From Gemmatimonas sp. (GTDB lineage Bacteria; Gemmatimonadota; Gemmatimonadetes; Gemmatimonadales; Gemmatimonadaceae), in contig JANNVQ010000049.1 in assembly GCA_031414535.1 (NCBI GenBank), forward strand, positions 64,001-128,000: a stretch of 64,000 nt of DNA, given 5' to 3'. The notes under the pieces were generated by a model. That model did no database searches. It worked only from the letters and a program-made list of their open reading frames with translations, and was not told the origin of the DNA. Positions 26,299-41,066 of the stretch are shown here, in pieces; position 1 is the first letter of the stretch; each line of letters begins with the position of its first letter. The position numbers and the translations under genes are program-made.

Positions 26299-27043
26299 GC
26301 AATCCTCCGGGGGGTGTACTGCAGTTCCATCACCTGCGAAGTATAAAACGAACTCTTCACTCGCTCGCTACGGGCAGAGGTCCAGTCCGGGAGCGCGTGT
26401 TGCAGCGAAGCCCGAAGGGCGCGCTCTGCCGTCGGTACAATGCGCGGCGCACGGTCGCGGCTGGGAATCAGCTTACCCACCGCGTGCAGCGTGGCGAGCA
26501 AGGGTGTGCGCGGGGCGAACGTGAAGACGAACCCCGTGCCCACACGGGGCGCCAGTGCGCTTACCGCTGAGACGGCGTCTGCAAGCTCGTAGTGAATCAG
26601 AGAATCCATTGCGAACACAAAATCAAATGTGCCAAGCGACGAGTCGAGCATGTCGCCGAAGCGGAAATCGATGCTGCCGCGCAAGTTCGACTGGGCCGAT
26701 CGCTGCCGCGCCACGTCTACGAGTGTCGGTGAGAGGTCAATGGCGACGACCGCCGCACCACGACGCGCGAGCTCAATTGCGGCGGCACCTGTTCCGCAGC
26801 CAGCGTCCAACACCCGCGCGCCCGAAAGATTCGTCGGCAACCACGAGAGCATCAGCCCGCGCATGCGGTCGCGGCCGGCGCGCACCGTGGCGCGCACACC
26901 ACTCACCGGCGCGTCCGAGGTGAGGGTTTCCCACGACTTCGCCGCGGTCCGATCAAAATACTCGTGTAGCCAGGCACGCGTCTTCGCGTAACCTCCGCTG
27001 CCAGAGATCTCGTCGGTCTGCGTTGGCGTTGAAGGCAGCGTCA

Positions 27044-27044
<1 letters not shown>
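26295..27044 (-). CDS. bchM: Mg-protoporphyrin IX methyltransferase
   Basis: YFDRTA..W..LTSDAPVS.VRATVRAGRD, LDAGCGTG, MDSLIHY; TGATG overlap with bchL. Confidence 0.95.
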
Positions 27045-28024
<980 letters not shown>

Positions 28025-31000
28025 CTACGCTACCGCGCTGACGCCCTCGAGCCGGTCTTCCAATTCCTCCGCAGCATCACGCAGCGCCGCGAGCATCTCC
28101 TCGCTTGGCTGCCAATAACCACGGTCATGCGCTTCCATCAGGCGCTGCGCCATACCCGACGCCGCGTTGGGGTTTGCCTTAGCCAACCGTTCACGCATCT
28201 CAGGGTCGAGCATGAAAGTGCTCGTGATGTCGGTGTACACCCACTGCGGGACGTTGCCCGCCGTGGCTGACCAGCCCAGCGTTGTGGACACCTTACCCGC
28301 GATGTTGCGCGCACCTTCATAGCCCTGCTTGAGCTGCTCTTCGTACCACTTCGGGTTGAGCATACGAGTGCGCGTTTCGAGCGCCACCTGCTCGCTCAGC
28401 GTCCGCACCTTGCCGTCCTTGCCTGTGCTGTCGCCGAGGTAGACCGGCACCTCAGCGCCCTTGGCGCGCGTAATCACGCGGTTCATACCACCGAGTGATT
28501 CCACATACTGGTCAATGTCCGTAGCGCCGAGTTCCACAGAATCGAGATTTTGGAAGGCAATATCTGCGCCTCCTAGCGCCCGCTGCATCAGCGCTGGCAT
28601 CGCCTTGGCGCCCGGCTTCACACCGTACGCAAAGCTCTTGCGCTGCACAAACTGCTCGGCGAGCTCGTCCTCTTTTTCCCACTGCCCAGTATCCACGAGC
28701 AGATTCACATTCGAGCCGTACGCGCCATCTGCATTGGAGAACACGCGCAGCGCGGCGCTCTCAAAGTCGCAGTTGAACGCCGCTTGATGGTCGAGCGTGT
28801 GCTTGCGAATGAAGTTCATCTCTAGCGGCTCGTCGGCCTGCGCAGCGAGCAACGCGGCTTCGGCGATGAGCTTGACCTGCAGCGGCAGCAAGTCGCGGAA
28901 GATGCCGGACAGCGTGCAGACCACGTCAATGCGCGGACGGCCCAACGCTTCGAGTGGCACCAAGCGCGCACCAGCCAAACGACCCACCGCGTCAAAGCGC
29001 GGCACGGCACCCATCAGCGCCAGTACCTGCGCAATCGGTGCGCCCTCAGACTTCATGTTGTCCGTGCCCCAGAGCACGAAGGCGATGGTCTCGGGGAACG
29101 AGTTGCCGTCGGCCAGGTGACGCGCGAGCAGCACATCAGCGCGCTTGCGACCATCAATCAACGCGTACGCGCTCGGGACCTTGTAGGGATCAAAACCGTA
29201 GAGGTTGCGGCCCGTGGGCACGACCTTCGGCGTCCGTACGATATCACCACCGGGAGCCGGTGGCACATAGCGCGCATCAAGGGCGCGGAGGATTCCCGGA
29301 ATCTCGTAGTCTTCAGCAAGCAGGCGATCGAACTCGCGTACTTCGCTGTCCGACATCGGCTCGGGCAAGGACGTCTGAATTGCGTCAATCGTGCTCTTGC
29401 GCGCGGCCTCAGGCATTCCTTCGCCGACGATGTGCAGGCCCATCGGAATCAGCGAGTACTCTAGCTCGAGCAGGCGGGCGCGTACTTCGCCCACGCGCTC
29501 GTTGGTGTCCCCATTCCACTTGGGATCGGGCTTGCAGAGGTCTAGGGCCACGGCCTGATCCTGGAGCATCGCCGCGAGCTCGTGGTCTGGATCGTCCTGA
29601 CCTCGGAACGAATCGAGCGCCCCCTTGAGCGCCGCCAAGTCCTTATAGAGACCGGCCTGCGCAATTGGTGGCGTGAGATACGAAATCAGTGCCGCGCCAC
29701 CACGCCGCTTGGCCAGCGTACCTTCGGACGAGTTGTTCGATGCGTACAGATACACATTCGGCATGTCGCTGATCAACCGCTCAGGCCAGCACTGGTCGGT
29801 GAGACCCACCTGCTTGCCGGGCATGAACTCCAGCGCGCCGTGCGTACCAAAGTGCAGCACCACATCTGTCTCAAACTCGTCGCGCATCCATCTATAGAAG
29901 GCACAGAAGGCATGCGTCGGCGCAAAGTTGCCCTGGAAGAGCAAGCGCATTGGGTCGCCTTCCCAGCCGAACGCCGGCTGCACGCCCACAAACACATTGC
30001 CAAACCGCTCGCCCATAATGAACAGGCTGCGGCCATCGGTGAGCTGGCGGCCCGGTGCCGGACCCCACACCGCTTCAAGTTCCTTGAGATGCGGCTCGCT
30101 ACGCACATATGAGTCCACGCTGAGCTTGGCGTGCACGTTGGCTGGCGCGCCAGTTGCTGTCGCGTTGCCCTCAGTGACCGCGATGCGCAGCGCGTCTACG
30201 CTCTCTGGCACATCAACGGTGTAACCTTCGCGCGCCATCGCCTGGAGCACATTGTATAGCGACTGGAACACTGCGATATACGCCGCGCTGCCCGTGTTGC
30301 CCGCATTGGGCGGGAAGTTGAACAACACAATGCTCACCTTGCGCTTGCTGCGTTCGGTACGCTTAAGACGCACCAACTTGGCAACGCGATCCGCGAGCAC
30401 TTCGACGCGTGTTTCAATCGGCATTGACGCCGAGGCCATGCCTTCGGTGGGCTCACCCTTGCCGCCAAACACCATCGGGTTGATGGCACCGTCGAGTTCG
30501 GGGATCGCAACCTGCAACGTCGCCTGCAACGCATTGAGACCGCGCGGATCCCGCTCCCACTCGGCCACCGTCTGGAACTCCAGAGTCTGCAGCGAGATGT
30601 ACGGCACGTCGAGCGCCGTGAGCACAGCCTGCGCGGCATCGGCGTCGTTGTAGGCCGGACCACCCACCAGCGAGAAGCCGGTCAGCGAGACCATCGCATC
30701 AATGGTCGCCTTGGTCTGGCCGCGCAACTGCAGCTTGGGGTCGCAGAAGTAATTCAGAATCGCCGCGCGCGCATCGAGGCCCGACGCATACGCCGCCACC
30801 ACCGACAATCCGCGCGATTCCAGTTTGCGAATCACGGCATCGTAGTGTGCGGTGTTGCCGGCCAGGAGGTACGAGCGCCCCACCAGCACGCCCACGCGAC
30901 CCTTCTTGCCCTTGGACGGCAGCTTGTTCACGTCCTCGGTGATGCCGCGTCCGGCGAGATCAGGGTGATAGCAGCCGACATCCGGAAACTCTTCCGGCTC

Positions 31001-31657
31001 GGCGATCTCCAGCGTGCCCTTCAACACCGCACGCGGGCCAGCCGCATACCGGTTGATGAGCATCTTTACCATGTTCGCGAGATTGGTGTCAGACCCCGCG
31101 AGCCAGTACTGCATCGCCAAGAACCAGCTGCGCACATCCTGCGCCGCACCTGGAATAAACTTGAGCAGCTTGGGCAGTTTACGCAGCACGCTCAGCTGGC
31201 GCTCGCCCGCTGACTTACCATCCTCGCGAGTGCCGCGAAGCTTCTTCAGCAGGTTGAGCGGCGACCACGGCGAGGGCGAACGATCTTCCTCGGTCATCGA
31301 GTACTTGCCCAGGCGCGTGAGCTTCACCACTTCGTTCACGCAGAGCATCGCACAGACAGCGTCGCAGTCTTTACGGCGTGCGGCCATCGCGTCCTTCACC
31401 GGGCCAGCCGACTCCTCGGTGAAGAGCTGTCCCGCAATGATGATGTCGGCCGCCGCGATATCAGCGCGGGCCTTGTCGGCGAGCTTGGGATCGGAGTTGT
31501 AGTCCGCCGAGACGTGCATGGTGAGCGTCAGTCCCGGCAGCTCCTTCGCCAAGATCGCCCGAGCGCGAGCAAACGCATCAGCGAAGTGCGCATCCAGCGT
31601 CACAATCGTGACGCGGATGGGCACCGCCGCTGCTGGCGCTGAGCGCTTACTTGCCAT
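28025..31657 (-). CDS. bchH: Magnesium chelatase subunit H
   Basis: [60 protein letters not shown]. Confidence 0.97.
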   Translation of the reverse strand: MASKRSAPAAAVPIRVTIVTLDAHFADAFARARAILAKELPGLTLTMHVSADYNSDPKLADKARADIAAADIIIAGQLFTEESAGPVKDAMAARRKDCDAVCAMLCVNEVVKLTRLGKYSMTEEDRSPSPWSPLNLLKKLRGTREDGKSAGERQLSVLRKLPKLLKFIPGAAQDVRSWFLAMQYWLAGSDTNLANMVKMLINRYAAGPRAVLKGTLEIAEPEEFPDVGCYHPDLAGRGITEDVNKLPSKGKKGRVGVLVGRSYLLAGNTAHYDAVIRKLESRGLSVVAAYASGLDARAAILNYFCDPKLQLRGQTKATIDAMVSLTGFSLVGGPAYNDADAAQAVLTALDVPYISLQTLEFQTVAEWERDPRGLNALQATLQVAIPELDGAINPMVFGGKGEPTEGMASASMPIETRVEVLADRVAKLVRLKRTERSKRKVSIVLFNFPPNAGNTGSAAYIAVFQSLYNVLQAMAREGYTVDVPESVDALRIAVTEGNATATGAPANVHAKLSVDSYVRSEPHLKELEAVWGPAPGRQLTDGRSLFIMGERFGNVFVGVQPAFGWEGDPMRLLFQGNFAPTHAFCAFYRWMRDEFETDVVLHFGTHGALEFMPGKQVGLTDQCWPERLISDMPNVYLYASNNSSEGTLAKRRGGAALISYLTPPIAQAGLYKDLAALKGALDSFRGQDDPDHELAAMLQDQAVALDLCKPDPKWNGDTNERVGEVRARLLELEYSLIPMGLHIVGEGMPEAARKSTIDAIQTSLPEPMSDSEVREFDRLLAEDYEIPGILRALDARYVPPAPGGDIVRTPKVVPTGRNLYGFDPYKVPSAYALIDGRKRADVLLARHLADGNSFPETIAFVLWGTDNMKSEGAPIAQVLALMGAVPRFDAVGRLAGARLVPLEALGRPRIDVVCTLSGIFRDLLPLQVKLIAEAALLAAQADEPLEMNFIRKHTLDHQAAFNCDFESAALRVFSNADGAYGSNVNLLVDTGQWEKEDELAEQFVQRKSFAYGVKPGAKAMPALMQRALGGADIAFQNLDSVELGATDIDQYVESLGGMNRVITRAKGAEVPVYLGDSTGKDGKVRTLSEQVALETRTRMLNPKWYEEQLKQGYEGARNIAGKVSTTLGWSATAGNVPQWVYTDITSTFMLDPEMRERLAKANPNAASGMAQRLMEAHDRGYWQPSEEMLAALRDAAEELEDRLEGVSAVA

Positions 31658-33281
31658 AGTGCGCCTTGGCCTCGTAGAGCGTCTCCACAGAGATGTCGCG
31701 AATGCCCATCTCGACGGCAAATCGCTCGGTGTTCAAGCGCGCCTTCTTGCGTACGAAGAACGGAATCTTCTTGAGTTCCTTCTCACCGTCTGCCGTCCAC
31801 ATTGGTACGCCAACTGGCCCAGCAGGCGGAGGCGCACTCGGTCCGTCAACCTCGTCTGACGCCGTGGCCGCTCCCGCTGCCAGGAACATCGGCTCAAGCT
31901 CTGGGGCGAGAGATGGCTCCGCTGCAACCTCTTCTTCAGCACGTCGCGCCGGCGCCTTCCCCAAATGCGAACTCACTTCGCCGAACTCAAAGTCTTCGCG
32001 GAACATTCCGATAAGGTGCTCCTCGAGCCCCATCATCAGTGGATGCACCCAGGTATCGAAAATCACATTGGCGCCTTCCCATCCCATCTGCGGCGAGTGC
32101 CGCGCTGGGACATCCTGCACATGGAAGGGGCCCGAGATTACGGCGCAGGGAATTCCCAAGCGCTTGGCGATATGGCGTTCCATCTGCGAGCCGAGCACCA
32201 ACTCTGGCGCCGCGGCCGTGATGGCCTCTTCCACAGCGAGATAGTCATCGGCAATGAGCGCTTCTACGCCATACTTAGCCGCGGCTTCGCGCACCTCGCG
32301 CGCCATCTCACGAGAGTACGTGCCAAGCCCCACGACCGTGAAGCCCAGTTCATCAGCGGCAATCCGCGCCGCTGCAATCGCGTGGGTGCCATCAGCAAAA
32401 ATGAAGACCCGCTTGCCCGTGAGGTACGTCGAATCCACGGAACGCGAGTACCACGGCAGCCGGCTCTGTGCCGTGTCGAGGTACTGGCTGACATCAATGC
32501 CGGCCACCTCTCCCACTTCCGCGATGAAGTCGCGAGTTGCACCGACACCCAGTGGCACGGTCCGCACCATCGGCATGCCTTGTGTGCGCTGCAACCACGA
32601 TGCCGTCGTGTGGGCAATCTCTGGATACAGACAGACATTAAAGTCTGCATCCGTGAGCGAGCGGAGCTGGTCCGGATCTGCGCCGAGCGGCGCGACGACG
32701 TGCACATCTACGCCGATGCTGTCGAGAATGGCGATGACTTCGCGCACATCGTCGCGGCAGCGGAATCCCAGTGCCGACGGGCCGAGCAGATTGGCCTTCG
32801 GGCGCGCGCCATCAGCGCGAGCTGGACGCTCGCGCTTAGCCGTACCGATGAGGGTGCGCACTAGGTGATAGAACGTTTCCGACGCGCCCCAGTTCTCCTT
32901 CTTGGAGTAGGCGGGCAGTTCGAGCGCTACGACCGGGATGGGCAAGTTCATGCCCATCGCCAGCGCACCGGACTGGTCTTGAATGAGTTCAGCGGTGCAC
33001 GAATCTCCGACCAGCATGGCCTTCGGCTTGAAGCGCTCGTATGCGTCGCGCACCGCAGAAATCACGAGATTGGCGGTATCGCCGCCTAAGTCGCGGGCTT
33101 GGAACGTCGTGTAGGTGACGGGCGGCCGCTTGCTGCGGCGTTCAATCATCGTGAACAGCAAATCCGCGTAGGTGTCGCCCTGCGGCGCGTGCAGCACGTA
33201 GTGCACATCGTTCATCGAGGTGGCAATACGCATCGCGCCCACGTGGGGCGGCCCTTCGTAGGTCCAGAGCGTGAGTTGCAT
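31647..33281 (-). CDS. bchB: DPOR subunit B
   Basis: [29 protein letters not shown]-terminal KIPFFVR PCP-red domain. Confidence 0.97.
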   Translation of the reverse strand: MQLTLWTYEGPPHVGAMRIATSMNDVHYVLHAPQGDTYADLLFTMIERRSKRPPVTYTTFQARDLGGDTANLVISAVRDAYERFKPKAMLVGDSCTAELIQDQSGALAMGMNLPIPVVALELPAYSKKENWGASETFYHLVRTLIGTAKRERPARADGARPKANLLGPSALGFRCRDDVREVIAILDSIGVDVHVVAPLGADPDQLRSLTDADFNVCLYPEIAHTTASWLQRTQGMPMVRTVPLGVGATRDFIAEVGEVAGIDVSQYLDTAQSRLPWYSRSVDSTYLTGKRVFIFADGTHAIAAARIAADELGFTVVGLGTYSREMAREVREAAAKYGVEALIADDYLAVEEAITAAAPELVLGSQMERHIAKRLGIPCAVISGPFHVQDVPARHSPQMGWEGANVIFDTWVHPLMMGLEEHLIGMFREDFEFGEVSSHLGKAPARRAEEEVAAEPSLAPELEPMFLAAGAATASDEVDGPSAPPPAGPVGVPMWTADGEKELKKIPFFVRKKARLNTERFAVEMGIRDISVETLYEAKAHYGK

Positions 33282-33284
33282 TGT

Positions 33285-35041
<1,757 letters not shown>

Positions 35042-35122
35042 GTTCGGGGGGCCTCCTTGCTACATAGAAGGAAAGAGGCACACGGACCAGCGCACCCAGA
35101 TATTGGGTTCGCGTCGCCGAGT

Positions 35123-35156
35123 TGTCAAGGTAAGTTTACGTCAGGCTCTCTTGACA
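35123..35156. promoter_or_regulatory. Two overlapping PpsR-type boxes in the bchF/ppaA divergent region
   Basis: TGT-N12-ACG (35123-35140) and CGT-N12-ACA (35139-35156). Confidence 0.7.
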
Positions 35157-35232
35157 GGTTGGGTGCGCGGCGCAAATATGTACACGTGGTGATGGGACCC
35201 CCCCCACCCATTCGCAATAGGAGGCCCACCAA

Positions 35233-36030
35233 ATGTCAGGTCCTCAATCTCGTTCGCAGCCGCTTGGTGAACACGGCACTCCGCTCGGTGGAGTGCAGCA
35301 TTCACGGGCGTCGGTTCATCAGACGCGATCAAGCGTGTCAACGGATACCACCGGGGCACTGGTGGTCTCTTTCTCCTCTGAAGTTCCGCTCGATGTTCAG
35401 CGGTTTATCAGAATCCTGCTCTCTCACGATGATCAGGCGGCCCGCGAGTTCGCCAACGAGCTGATTGAGCGCGGCGTCACTACCGAGCGGCTGTACGAGG
35501 GCCTTTTTGCCGAAGCCGCTCGGACGCTCGGGGAGATGTGGGACAACGATGACTGCACCTTCTATGATGTCACCCTCGGAACCGGGCGGATTCAGCGCCT
35601 CATTCGCGAGTTCTCGCACCAGTTCCTTGCTGACTACCTGTATCCAGGCTCCACCGGTCGGCTTCTGCTCTCTGCCGCCAGCGACGAACAGCACTCCCTC
35701 GGCATTGCGGTTCTCGCCGAGTTTTTTGTTCGGGATGGATGGGACGTGCACGTCGGACCTGGCTTGGGCTCGGAAGCTTTACTAGACAAAGTCCGAGAAA
35801 GTGACTACACTTTGCTTGGCTTCTCAATCGCCTGCGCGTCACGTACATCCAAGCTGCAACAGGACATACGCCGCGCTCGGCAAGTGTCACGCAACCGCGA
35901 CATCAAGGTGATTGTCGGGGGGGCATTGATTACGTCTGACCCCTCCTTGGCCGAGCGAATCGGCGCTGACGGGTATGCAATAGATGCGTCCACGGCGATT
36001 GCCGCGGCGCGTCGCATCATTTCTGCCTGA
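35233..36030 (+). CDS. ppaA: Cobalamin-binding regulator PpaA/AerR (start uncertain)
   Basis: LGEMWDNDDCTFYDV cap, EQHSLG, VIVGG; lies between bchF and ppsR. Confidence 0.88.
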   Translation: MSGPQSRSQPLGEHGTPLGGVQHSRASVHQTRSSVSTDTTGALVVSFSSEVPLDVQRFIRILLSHDDQAAREFANELIERGVTTERLYEGLFAEAARTLGEMWDNDDCTFYDVTLGTGRIQRLIREFSHQFLADYLYPGSTGRLLLSAASDEQHSLGIAVLAEFFVRDGWDVHVGPGLGSEALLDKVRESDYTLLGFSIACASRTSKLQQDIRRARQVSRNRDIKVIVGGALITSDPSLAERIGADGYAIDASTAIAAARRIISA

Positions 36031-36034
36031 AGCA

Positions 36035-37507
36035 ATGGGCATTCTGCACGTTTTTGACTCGGGGCAACATCAGATGGAAGCCGGCGATCGATTTTCAGAC
36101 GCCTCACGTCGCGCCCTATCCGACCTAGCACCGGATTGGGCGGCGAAACTCATCACGGCCACGAGCGAAGTTGCGCTCGTTGTGGACCGCGATGGTGTGA
36201 TTCGTCACGTCTCATTCTCTGGCGCCGAACCGCCCATTGATACCGCTGACGAATGGGTCGGCAAATCATGGGCTGACACCGTAACGGGTGAATCGCGCGG
36301 CAAGATTGAACTCCTCCTTAAGGAAGCATCCGCCACCGGCAGCACCCGCCGTCGCCAAGTGAATCATCCGGCGCGCGCAGGTGCTGATATCCCAGTTGCG
36401 TACAACGCCGTGCGCGCCGAGAACGGTGCCGTGATTGCCGTTGGCCGCGACCTGCGCACCATCTCGATGCTGCAGCAGCGTCTCGTCGATACGCAGCAGG
36501 CCATGGAGCGCGACTACTGGCGCCTGCGCCACGTAGAAACACGCTATCGCCTGCTCTTCCAGCTCTCCACGGATGCCATCATCGTGGTAGACGCCGACAC
36601 CATGAAGATTGTTGATGCCTCTGGCGCTGCCGCACGACTCTTTGACGTCGCCGCAGACAAGCTCGTGGGCAAGTCGTTCCCGATGGGCATTGCGGCGGAC
36701 AATCTCCGCGCCGTGGAGGATCTGCTCTCCACCGCACGCACCTCGGGTCACGCCACCGACGTTCGCTTGAAGCTCACCGAAGAGCGCGGCGACGTGCTTG
36801 CCTCGGCGTCCTGCTTCCGTCAGGACAACCTCACGCTCCTGCTCGTGCGGCTCTCGCGCCATGCGACGCAGTCAGCCGCGAGCACCACACACAAGCAGCG
36901 CCTGCTCGAGTTGGTGGATCGCACACCCGAAGCCATGGTCATCTGCGACAGCGAAGGCGACATCATCACGGCTAACCGCAGCTTCCTTGATCTCGCGCAG
37001 CTCGCGAGTGAAGAGCAGGCCAAGGGTCGCTCGCTCGGTAATTGGGTGGGACGTCCTGGTGCAGATCTCGGCGTGTTCGTTTCCACCGTGCGCAAGCATA
37101 GCGTGGTGCGAGTAGCGGCGAGTTCTATTCGCGGTGAGCTCGGCCTCGCGACGGAAATTGAACTCTCAGCAGTTTCGCTTCCGAGCGACAACGGCCCACT
37201 GGGCATTGGCTTCGTGATGCGCGACGTGGGACGTCGCGTGAACACGGTGCCGCATGGTGCGCGCGATCTCACGAAGGCCGTCGAGGATCTCACCTCGCTC
37301 GTGGGCCGCGTGTCGCTCCCGACCTTGGTGCGTGATACCACGGACCTGGTGGAGCGCCACTTCATTGAAGCAGCACTCCAGCTCACCGGCGACAATCGCA
37401 CCACCGCCGCCGAAGTGCTCGGACTTTCCCGCCAGACGTTGTATGTGAAGTTGCGACGCCACGGATTGTCCGCGGCCGTCGAGTCCGACACCGCAGCAGC
37501 GAGCTGA
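36035..37507 (+). CDS. ppsR: Photosynthesis regulator PpsR/CrtJ (start 36035 or 36074)
   Basis: GRDLR...LQQRLV..QQAMERDY, ETRYRLLF, three PAS domains, Fis HTH DNRTTAAEVLGLSRQTLYVKLRR. Confidence 0.95.
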   Translation: MGILHVFDSGQHQMEAGDRFSDASRRALSDLAPDWAAKLITATSEVALVVDRDGVIRHVSFSGAEPPIDTADEWVGKSWADTVTGESRGKIELLLKEASATGSTRRRQVNHPARAGADIPVAYNAVRAENGAVIAVGRDLRTISMLQQRLVDTQQAMERDYWRLRHVETRYRLLFQLSTDAIIVVDADTMKIVDASGAAARLFDVAADKLVGKSFPMGIAADNLRAVEDLLSTARTSGHATDVRLKLTEERGDVLASASCFRQDNLTLLLVRLSRHATQSAASTTHKQRLLELVDRTPEAMVICDSEGDIITANRSFLDLAQLASEEQAKGRSLGNWVGRPGADLGVFVSTVRKHSVVRVAASSIRGELGLATEIELSAVSLPSDNGPLGIGFVMRDVGRRVNTVPHGARDLTKAVEDLTSLVGRVSLPTLVRDTTDLVERHFIEAALQLTGDNRTTAAEVLGLSRQTLYVKLRRHGLSAAVESDTAAAS

Positions 37508-37547
37508 TATAAATGCGCTTCGTTCCCGCGGATTCGTCTACCCCTAG

Positions 37548-37591
37548 TGTCAGGTTAGCGTGACATCTATTGGTGTAAACGAATCGCTACG
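37548..37591. promoter_or_regulatory. Tandem PpsR boxes, 8 bp apart, at the bchG 5' end
   Basis: TGTCAGGTTAGCGTGACA (37548-37565) and TGTAAACGAATCGCTACG (37574-37591). Confidence 0.8.
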
Positions 37592-38477
37592 CGAAGTGCG
37601 GGAGTATCCCGCACCGAGTGCCGTGCTCGAGTTGCTGAAGCCAATCACTTGGTTTCCGCCGATGTGGGCATTTGCCTGCGGGGCGATCTCGAGTGGCGTG
37701 CCGCTCGGTGGTCGCTGGTCGCAGCTCGCGCTGGGACTCGTCATCACCGGTCCCTTGGTTTGCGCGTCGTCGCAGGCTGCGAACGATTGGTACGATCGCC
37801 ACGTGGATGCCATCAATGAACCGCATCGCCCGATTCCGTCCGGACGTATGCCGGGGACTTGGGGCTTTAAGGTTGCGGTGCTTTGGACTGCGTTGTCATT
37901 GATCGCTTCGATTCCGCTCGGCGTCGCTGGCATAGTCGCCGTGGGCATCGCGCTCGTATTTGCTTGGGCTTACTCCGCCCCGCCACTGCGCTTCAAGCAG
38001 AACGGGTGGATTGGCAACGCTGCCGTCGGCATCACGTATGAAGGTCTCGCGTGGGTGACCGGCGCCATCGTGTTGCTTGGCGGTGCGGTGCCCAATTCAA
38101 AGATTTTGTTGCTTGCGTTGCTGTACTCCCTCGGCGCGCACGGCATCATGACGCTCAACGATTTCAAGGCGATTGAAGGCGATCTTCAGATGGGCATCAA
38201 GTCCCTGCCCGCGCAACTTGGTGTTGATCGCGCGGCGTGGGTGGCCTGCTTAGCGATGCTCATCCCGCAGTTCGTGGTGATGATATTGCTCGCCGCCTGG
38301 GACAAGCCCATGCATGGCGCTTCGATTGGCGGCCTCATCGTGGTGCAAATCATGATGATGAGCAGTTTTATCGACGCTCCGCGGGCACGCGCGCTGTTTC
38401 TCTCTGGCGCTGGCGTGCCCTTTTACGTAGCCGGCATGATGATCTCCGCGTTTGCACTGCGAGGGATGATCCAGTGA
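37560..38477 (+). CDS. bchG: Bacteriochlorophyll synthase (true start may be downstream)
   Basis: LELLKPITWFPPMWAF, NDWYDRHVDAINEPHRPIPSGR, GAHGIMTLNDFK. Confidence 0.97.
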   Translation: MTSIGVNESLREVREYPAPSAVLELLKPITWFPPMWAFACGAISSGVPLGGRWSQLALGLVITGPLVCASSQAANDWYDRHVDAINEPHRPIPSGRMPGTWGFKVAVLWTALSLIASIPLGVAGIVAVGIALVFAWAYSAPPLRFKQNGWIGNAAVGITYEGLAWVTGAIVLLGGAVPNSKILLLALLYSLGAHGIMTLNDFKAIEGDLQMGIKSLPAQLGVDRAAWVACLAMLIPQFVVMILLAAWDKPMHGASIGGLIVVQIMMMSSFIDAPRARALFLSGAGVPFYVAGMMISAFALRGMIQ

Positions 38478-39826
38478 CCGCTGCCGCGATGCCGTACACG
38501 CCGACGCGCACGTATATGGGATGGGGCGGCATCGCTCGCCTCGGTCTGGCGCAAGTTGCCATTGGTGCAGTGGCGGCGATCATGACCTCTACGCTCAACC
38601 GTGTGATGGTTGTAGAGCTCGCGCTGCCCGCGACGATTCCCTCGGTGCTCGTCGCCTTGCACTTCGCGATTCAGATGTCGCGCGCCAAGTTCGGCTTTGA
38701 CTCCGACAAGTCGGTGTCTCGCGCACCTTGGATCCTTGGCGGTGCCATCGTACTCGCCATCGGTGGCACACTCGCAGCGATCGCCGTATCAGTGGCGAGC
38801 GAGCGCCTCATCCTCGGCCTCACCGTGGCATTCTTTGCGTACGCGCTCATTGGCGTGGGCATGAGCGCGGCCGGCACGGCGTTGCTCGCACACGTCGCCG
38901 AGCAAGTGGAGCCGCGGAAGTTGGGCGCGGCCGCCGCGCTACTCTGGATCATGATGATTTTTGGGATTGCAGTGACGGCTGGTGTCTCGGGCCAACTGCT
39001 GGATCCCTTCTCGTTTGAGCGTCTTGTGGCAGTGACGGCAGCGGTCTGCCTGATCGCTGCGGTGCTGGCTTCGATTGCCGCGTGGGGTTCTTGGGGCATG
39101 AAGCGTCCGCCGCTCTCGGCGCCGGCCGTTTCCGACGGCGCGGGCTTCGCGGTGGCGATTCGCGACGCGTTGCGCGATCAAACCACGCGTCGCTTCGCAT
39201 TCTTTGTGTTTGCCGCGATGCTCGCGTACTCCGCACAGGATCTGATTCTCGAGCCGTTTGCGGGCCGCGTGTTTCTGATGACGGCTGGTGAGAGCACCAA
39301 GCTGGGCGGCATCCAGCACGGTGGCGTGATGCTTGGCATGCTTGGCGCAGCGATTCTCTCGGCGCGCTTTGGGTCATTGAGAGTGTGGGCTGCCGCGGGC
39401 TGCTTGGCTTCGGCGGGAGCGCTGATCGTGCTCGCCAATTCACCGTGGCTTGGTGGCGTGGTGTTGCTGCAAGGGACAGTGTTCGGCCTCGGCGTGGCCA
39501 ACGGCGTCTTCGCGGTTGGCGCGATCGGCTCGATGATGGCGATGACCGCAGCCGATACGACGCGCGGCACCGGCATCCGACTGGGTGTGTATGGGGCCGC
39601 GCAGGCGATTGCCTACGGCATTGGTTCACTCGGCGGTGGTGTGGCCAGCGACCTCACGATTGCCTCGATGGGCGATGCGGCACGCGGGTACGTGGCCGTG
39701 TTCGGCGCCGAGGCTGTGCTGTTCATTGTGGCGGCGTTTATGGCATTGGCCTCGACGCCTTCGGTACGCGGGGGAGTTTTCCGGCGCGCGGATGCGGGTC
39801 AGGCGATTCTCGGAGCGATGAGATGA
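38474..39826 (+). CDS. pucC: BCD/PucC-family MFS protein (bch2)
   Basis: STLNRVMVVEL, AYSAQDLILEPFAG; between bchG and bchP. Confidence 0.85.
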   Translation: MTAAAMPYTPTRTYMGWGGIARLGLAQVAIGAVAAIMTSTLNRVMVVELALPATIPSVLVALHFAIQMSRAKFGFDSDKSVSRAPWILGGAIVLAIGGTLAAIAVSVASERLILGLTVAFFAYALIGVGMSAAGTALLAHVAEQVEPRKLGAAAALLWIMMIFGIAVTAGVSGQLLDPFSFERLVAVTAAVCLIAAVLASIAAWGSWGMKRPPLSAPAVSDGAGFAVAIRDALRDQTTRRFAFFVFAAMLAYSAQDLILEPFAGRVFLMTAGESTKLGGIQHGGVMLGMLGAAILSARFGSLRVWAAAGCLASAGALIVLANSPWLGGVVLLQGTVFGLGVANGVFAVGAIGSMMAMTAADTTRGTGIRLGVYGAAQAIAYGIGSLGGGVASDLTIASMGDAARGYVAVFGAEAVLFIVAAFMALASTPSVRGGVFRRADAGQAILGAMR

Positions 39827-39827
39827 C

Positions 39828-39850
39828 GACGGATGACGGAAGACGGAAGC
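39828..39850. repeat. (GACGGAW)3 arm right after the pucC stop
   Basis: GACGGATGACGGAAGACGGAAGC. Confidence 0.75.
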
Positions 39851-39872
39851 CACAAGACACTGGAGATATTGC

Positions 39873-41066
39873 GTGACTGAGCGTACGTACGACGTAGTGA
39901 TTGTGGGCAGCGGGCCTGCGGGTGCGACGGCGGCGCATGATTTGGCGCGCGCGGGTCGGTCCGTGCTGCTGCTCGACCGCGCGGGGCGCGTGAAGCCCTG
40001 CGGAGGGGCGGTGCCGCCGCAGCTGCTCAAGGACTTTGATGTGCCGGAGTCGCTCCTCGTGGCGCGCATCAACGAAGCGCGCATGGTCTCGCCTAAGGGC
40101 AAGACAGTGGACATTCCCGTTGGCCAAGGCTTCGTGGGGATGGTGGACCGCGAAGTGTTCGATGAATGGCTGCGCGATCGTGCCGCGAAGGCTGGCGCCA
40201 CGCGTGTGACTGGGGCCTTCGTGCGTCGCGATCGCGATGCCGATGGTGTGGCCCGCGTGGTCTACACGGATGGCCGCTCGCGTCAGGGTTCTGAGAAGTC
40301 GGTTCGGGCTCGCTCCATCATCGGTGCGGACGGTGCGCTCTCTCAGGTGGCTCGTCAGTGCGTGCCGCGGGCCGACGAAGGTAAGTTCGTCTTTGCGTAT
40401 CACGAGATTATCAAGAGCCCTGAGCACAACACCGAGCTCTTTGCGCACGATCGTTGCGATGTGTACTACCAGAGTCCGCTCTCGCCTGACTTCTACGCCT
40501 GGATCTTCCCCCACGGAAAGACCACGAGTGTGGGCACGGGCTCACTGCAGAAGGGCTTTGGTCTCAAGGAGTCGGTGACTCAGCTACGCGCATCCACCGG
40601 ACTCGACAAGCTCGAGACAATCCGCAAGGAAGGCGCACCGATTCCGCTGCATCCTCTGCCGCGCTGGGACGACGGGCGCGAAGTGGTACTCGCGGGTGAT
40701 GCTGCAGGCGTCGTCGCTCCGGCGAGTGGCGAGGGCATTTTCTACGCGATGACCGGTGGCCGCTATGCTGCCGACGCGGTGAACGAGTTCCTCTCCACGG
40801 CGAACGTCAAGGCGCTGGCCAAGGCACGCCGCCGCTTCCTGTCCGATCACGGCCAGGTGTTCTGGGTGCTCGACATTATGCAGCGCTTTTGGTACTCAAG
40901 CGACAATCGCCGCGAGCGCTTTGTGGCCATCTGCCGCGACAAGGACGTCCAGCAGCTCACATTCGACGCATACATGAATAAGAAGTTGGTGCGCGCCAAG
41001 CCGCTTTCGCATGTGCGCATCTTCTTCAAGAACCTCGCACATCTTGCTGGCCTTGCGACCGCCTAA
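39873..41066 (+). CDS. bchP: Geranylgeranyl reductase
   Basis: GSGPAG, KPCGGAVP, SPDFYAWIFPH, GDAAGVVAPASGEGI. Confidence 0.95.
   Translation: MTERTYDVVIVGSGPAGATAAHDLARAGRSVLLLDRAGRVKPCGGAVPPQLLKDFDVPESLLVARINEARMVSPKGKTVDIPVGQGFVGMVDREVFDEWLRDRAAKAGATRVTGAFVRRDRDADGVARVVYTDGRSRQGSEKSVRARSIIGADGALSQVARQCVPRADEGKFVFAYHEIIKSPEHNTELFAHDRCDVYYQSPLSPDFYAWIFPHGKTTSVGTGSLQKGFGLKESVTQLRASTGLDKLETIRKEGAPIPLHPLPRWDDGREVVLAGDAAGVVAPASGEGIFYAMTGGRYAADAVNEFLSTANVKALAKARRRFLSDHGQVFWVLDIMQRFWYSSDNRRERFVAICRDKDVQQLTFDAYMNKKLVRAKPLSHVRIFFKNLAHLAGLATA

Noticed and set aside
35233..35360. Extra PpsR boxes at TGTCA 35234 and 35336
   Set aside because: No matching ACA half-site at the N12 spacing
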